DNA from: a virus
Taxonomy: Duplodnaviria > Heunggongvirae > Uroviricota > Caudoviricetes
Length of the DNA: 17,248 nt
Virus record (IMG/VR): IMGVR_UViG_2645727991_000020
Strand: one strand, 5' to 3'
A program made the position numbers and the translations under genes. Under the pieces are notes generated by a model. The model had not been told where the DNA came from and ran no database searches. It worked only from the letters and a program-made list of their open reading frames with translations. Shown here piece after piece: positions 16,808-17,248 of the stretch. How positions within the stretch are numbered: the first letter of the stretch is position 1; the number at the start of each line of letters is the position of its first letter.

Positions 16808-16936
16808 GTGTTGGTTCACGGCCTCTTTTTGTTGGTTCAAAAATGGGGTGTGTTGGTTCACTTTTTGCGAATAATTCTTTTAAAAACAATACTCTTTACA
16901 AATTGAACCAACTGAACCAACTGAACCAACACCTTT
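16808..16936. repeat. iteron cluster B (origin-like), inverted relative to cluster A
   Basis: Three loosely spaced ttggttca copies (16811-16858), an AT-rich spacer, then three tandem 9-bp tgaaccaac repeats (about 16904-16930). The reverse complement of 16901-16938 is identical to 9302-9339 over about 38 bp, with further similarity beyond. Confidence 0.7.
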
Positions 16937-16966
16937 TTGCTTATCTATATAATCTGAGAGGCAGAA

Positions 16967-17248
16967 ATGATAAGGGACAGGAAAGCTGAAGAGCTGGAGT
17001 CAAAAGGGCTATACCGGAGAGCTGCCGCACGATGGATGGAAGTCATGCTGTTATGCACCGAGGACGATGATCGGGAATGGATAAAGCGCCGCCGTGAAAC
17101 GTGTCTGGAGAACGTGAAGCGCCCGCCCGTGAAGGTTGAGGAATTTGGCGACCTGCATAAAGCTGTTACCGAAACGCAACACCGCATGGGGATAGCGCAA
17201 CCGAACGGTAACGCCTTCCGGTTAAATGGCGGCAAGAGGCAAAGGTAG
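16967..17248 (+). CDS. probable PerC-family transcriptional regulator (93 aa)
   Basis: Product MIRDRKAEELESKGLYRRAAARWMEVM... fits the N-terminal pattern I associate with PerC/Pch regulators (AEELE.KG..RRAA.RW). SD GAGAGG and a TATAAT lie just upstream; the stop TAG is the last three bases of the window. Family call from memory only. Confidence 0.5.
   Translation: MIRDRKAEELESKGLYRRAAARWMEVMLLCTEDDDREWIKRRRETCLENVKRPPVKVEEFGDLHKAVTETQHRMGIAQPNGNAFRLNGGKRQR

Noticed and set aside
16945-17235. 96-aa minus-strand ORF antisense to the PerC-like gene
   Set aside because: Fully antisense to a gene with good translation signals and a family-like N-terminus; Ser/Arg-rich product.

Overview
This window reads as a mosaic accessory region (prophage/mobile-element junction) of an Escherichia-like enterobacterial chromosome, not core genome. 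Left to right: (1) the 3' end of a lambdoid side-tail-fibre gene with GAHTHS His-box repeats, translationally coupled to a lambda-type tail fibre assembly gene (tfa); (2) two minus-strand cargo genes in the moron position downstream of tfa: a very AT-rich, membrane-anchored GGDEF diguanylate cyclase and a 1,182-aa protein with no catalytic motif I can recognise, which is my best candidate for an undescribed defence or effector function; (3) a complete 768-bp IS1 with no matching target-site duplication, which cuts off the 5' end of a P-loop replication-protein gene I tentatively assign to the DUF927 family; (4) two ~120-bp iteron clusters (TTGGTTCA core) in inverted orientation about 7.4 kb apart; (5) between them a translationally coupled four-gene operon (153, 225, 473 and 701 aa) that I tentatively interpret as a podovirus (P22-like) ejection-protein cassette, followed by a convergent small membrane protein; (6) a structured, repeat-rich region with no confident gene, an AlpA-family regulator, a small divergent ORF, and a probable PerC-family regulator at the right edge. 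No rRNA, intact tRNA, CRISPR array or integrase is visible. All product calls rest on motifs and remembered family features read by eye; no database search or computation was run, and coordinates of hairpins and repeats are hand-counted.
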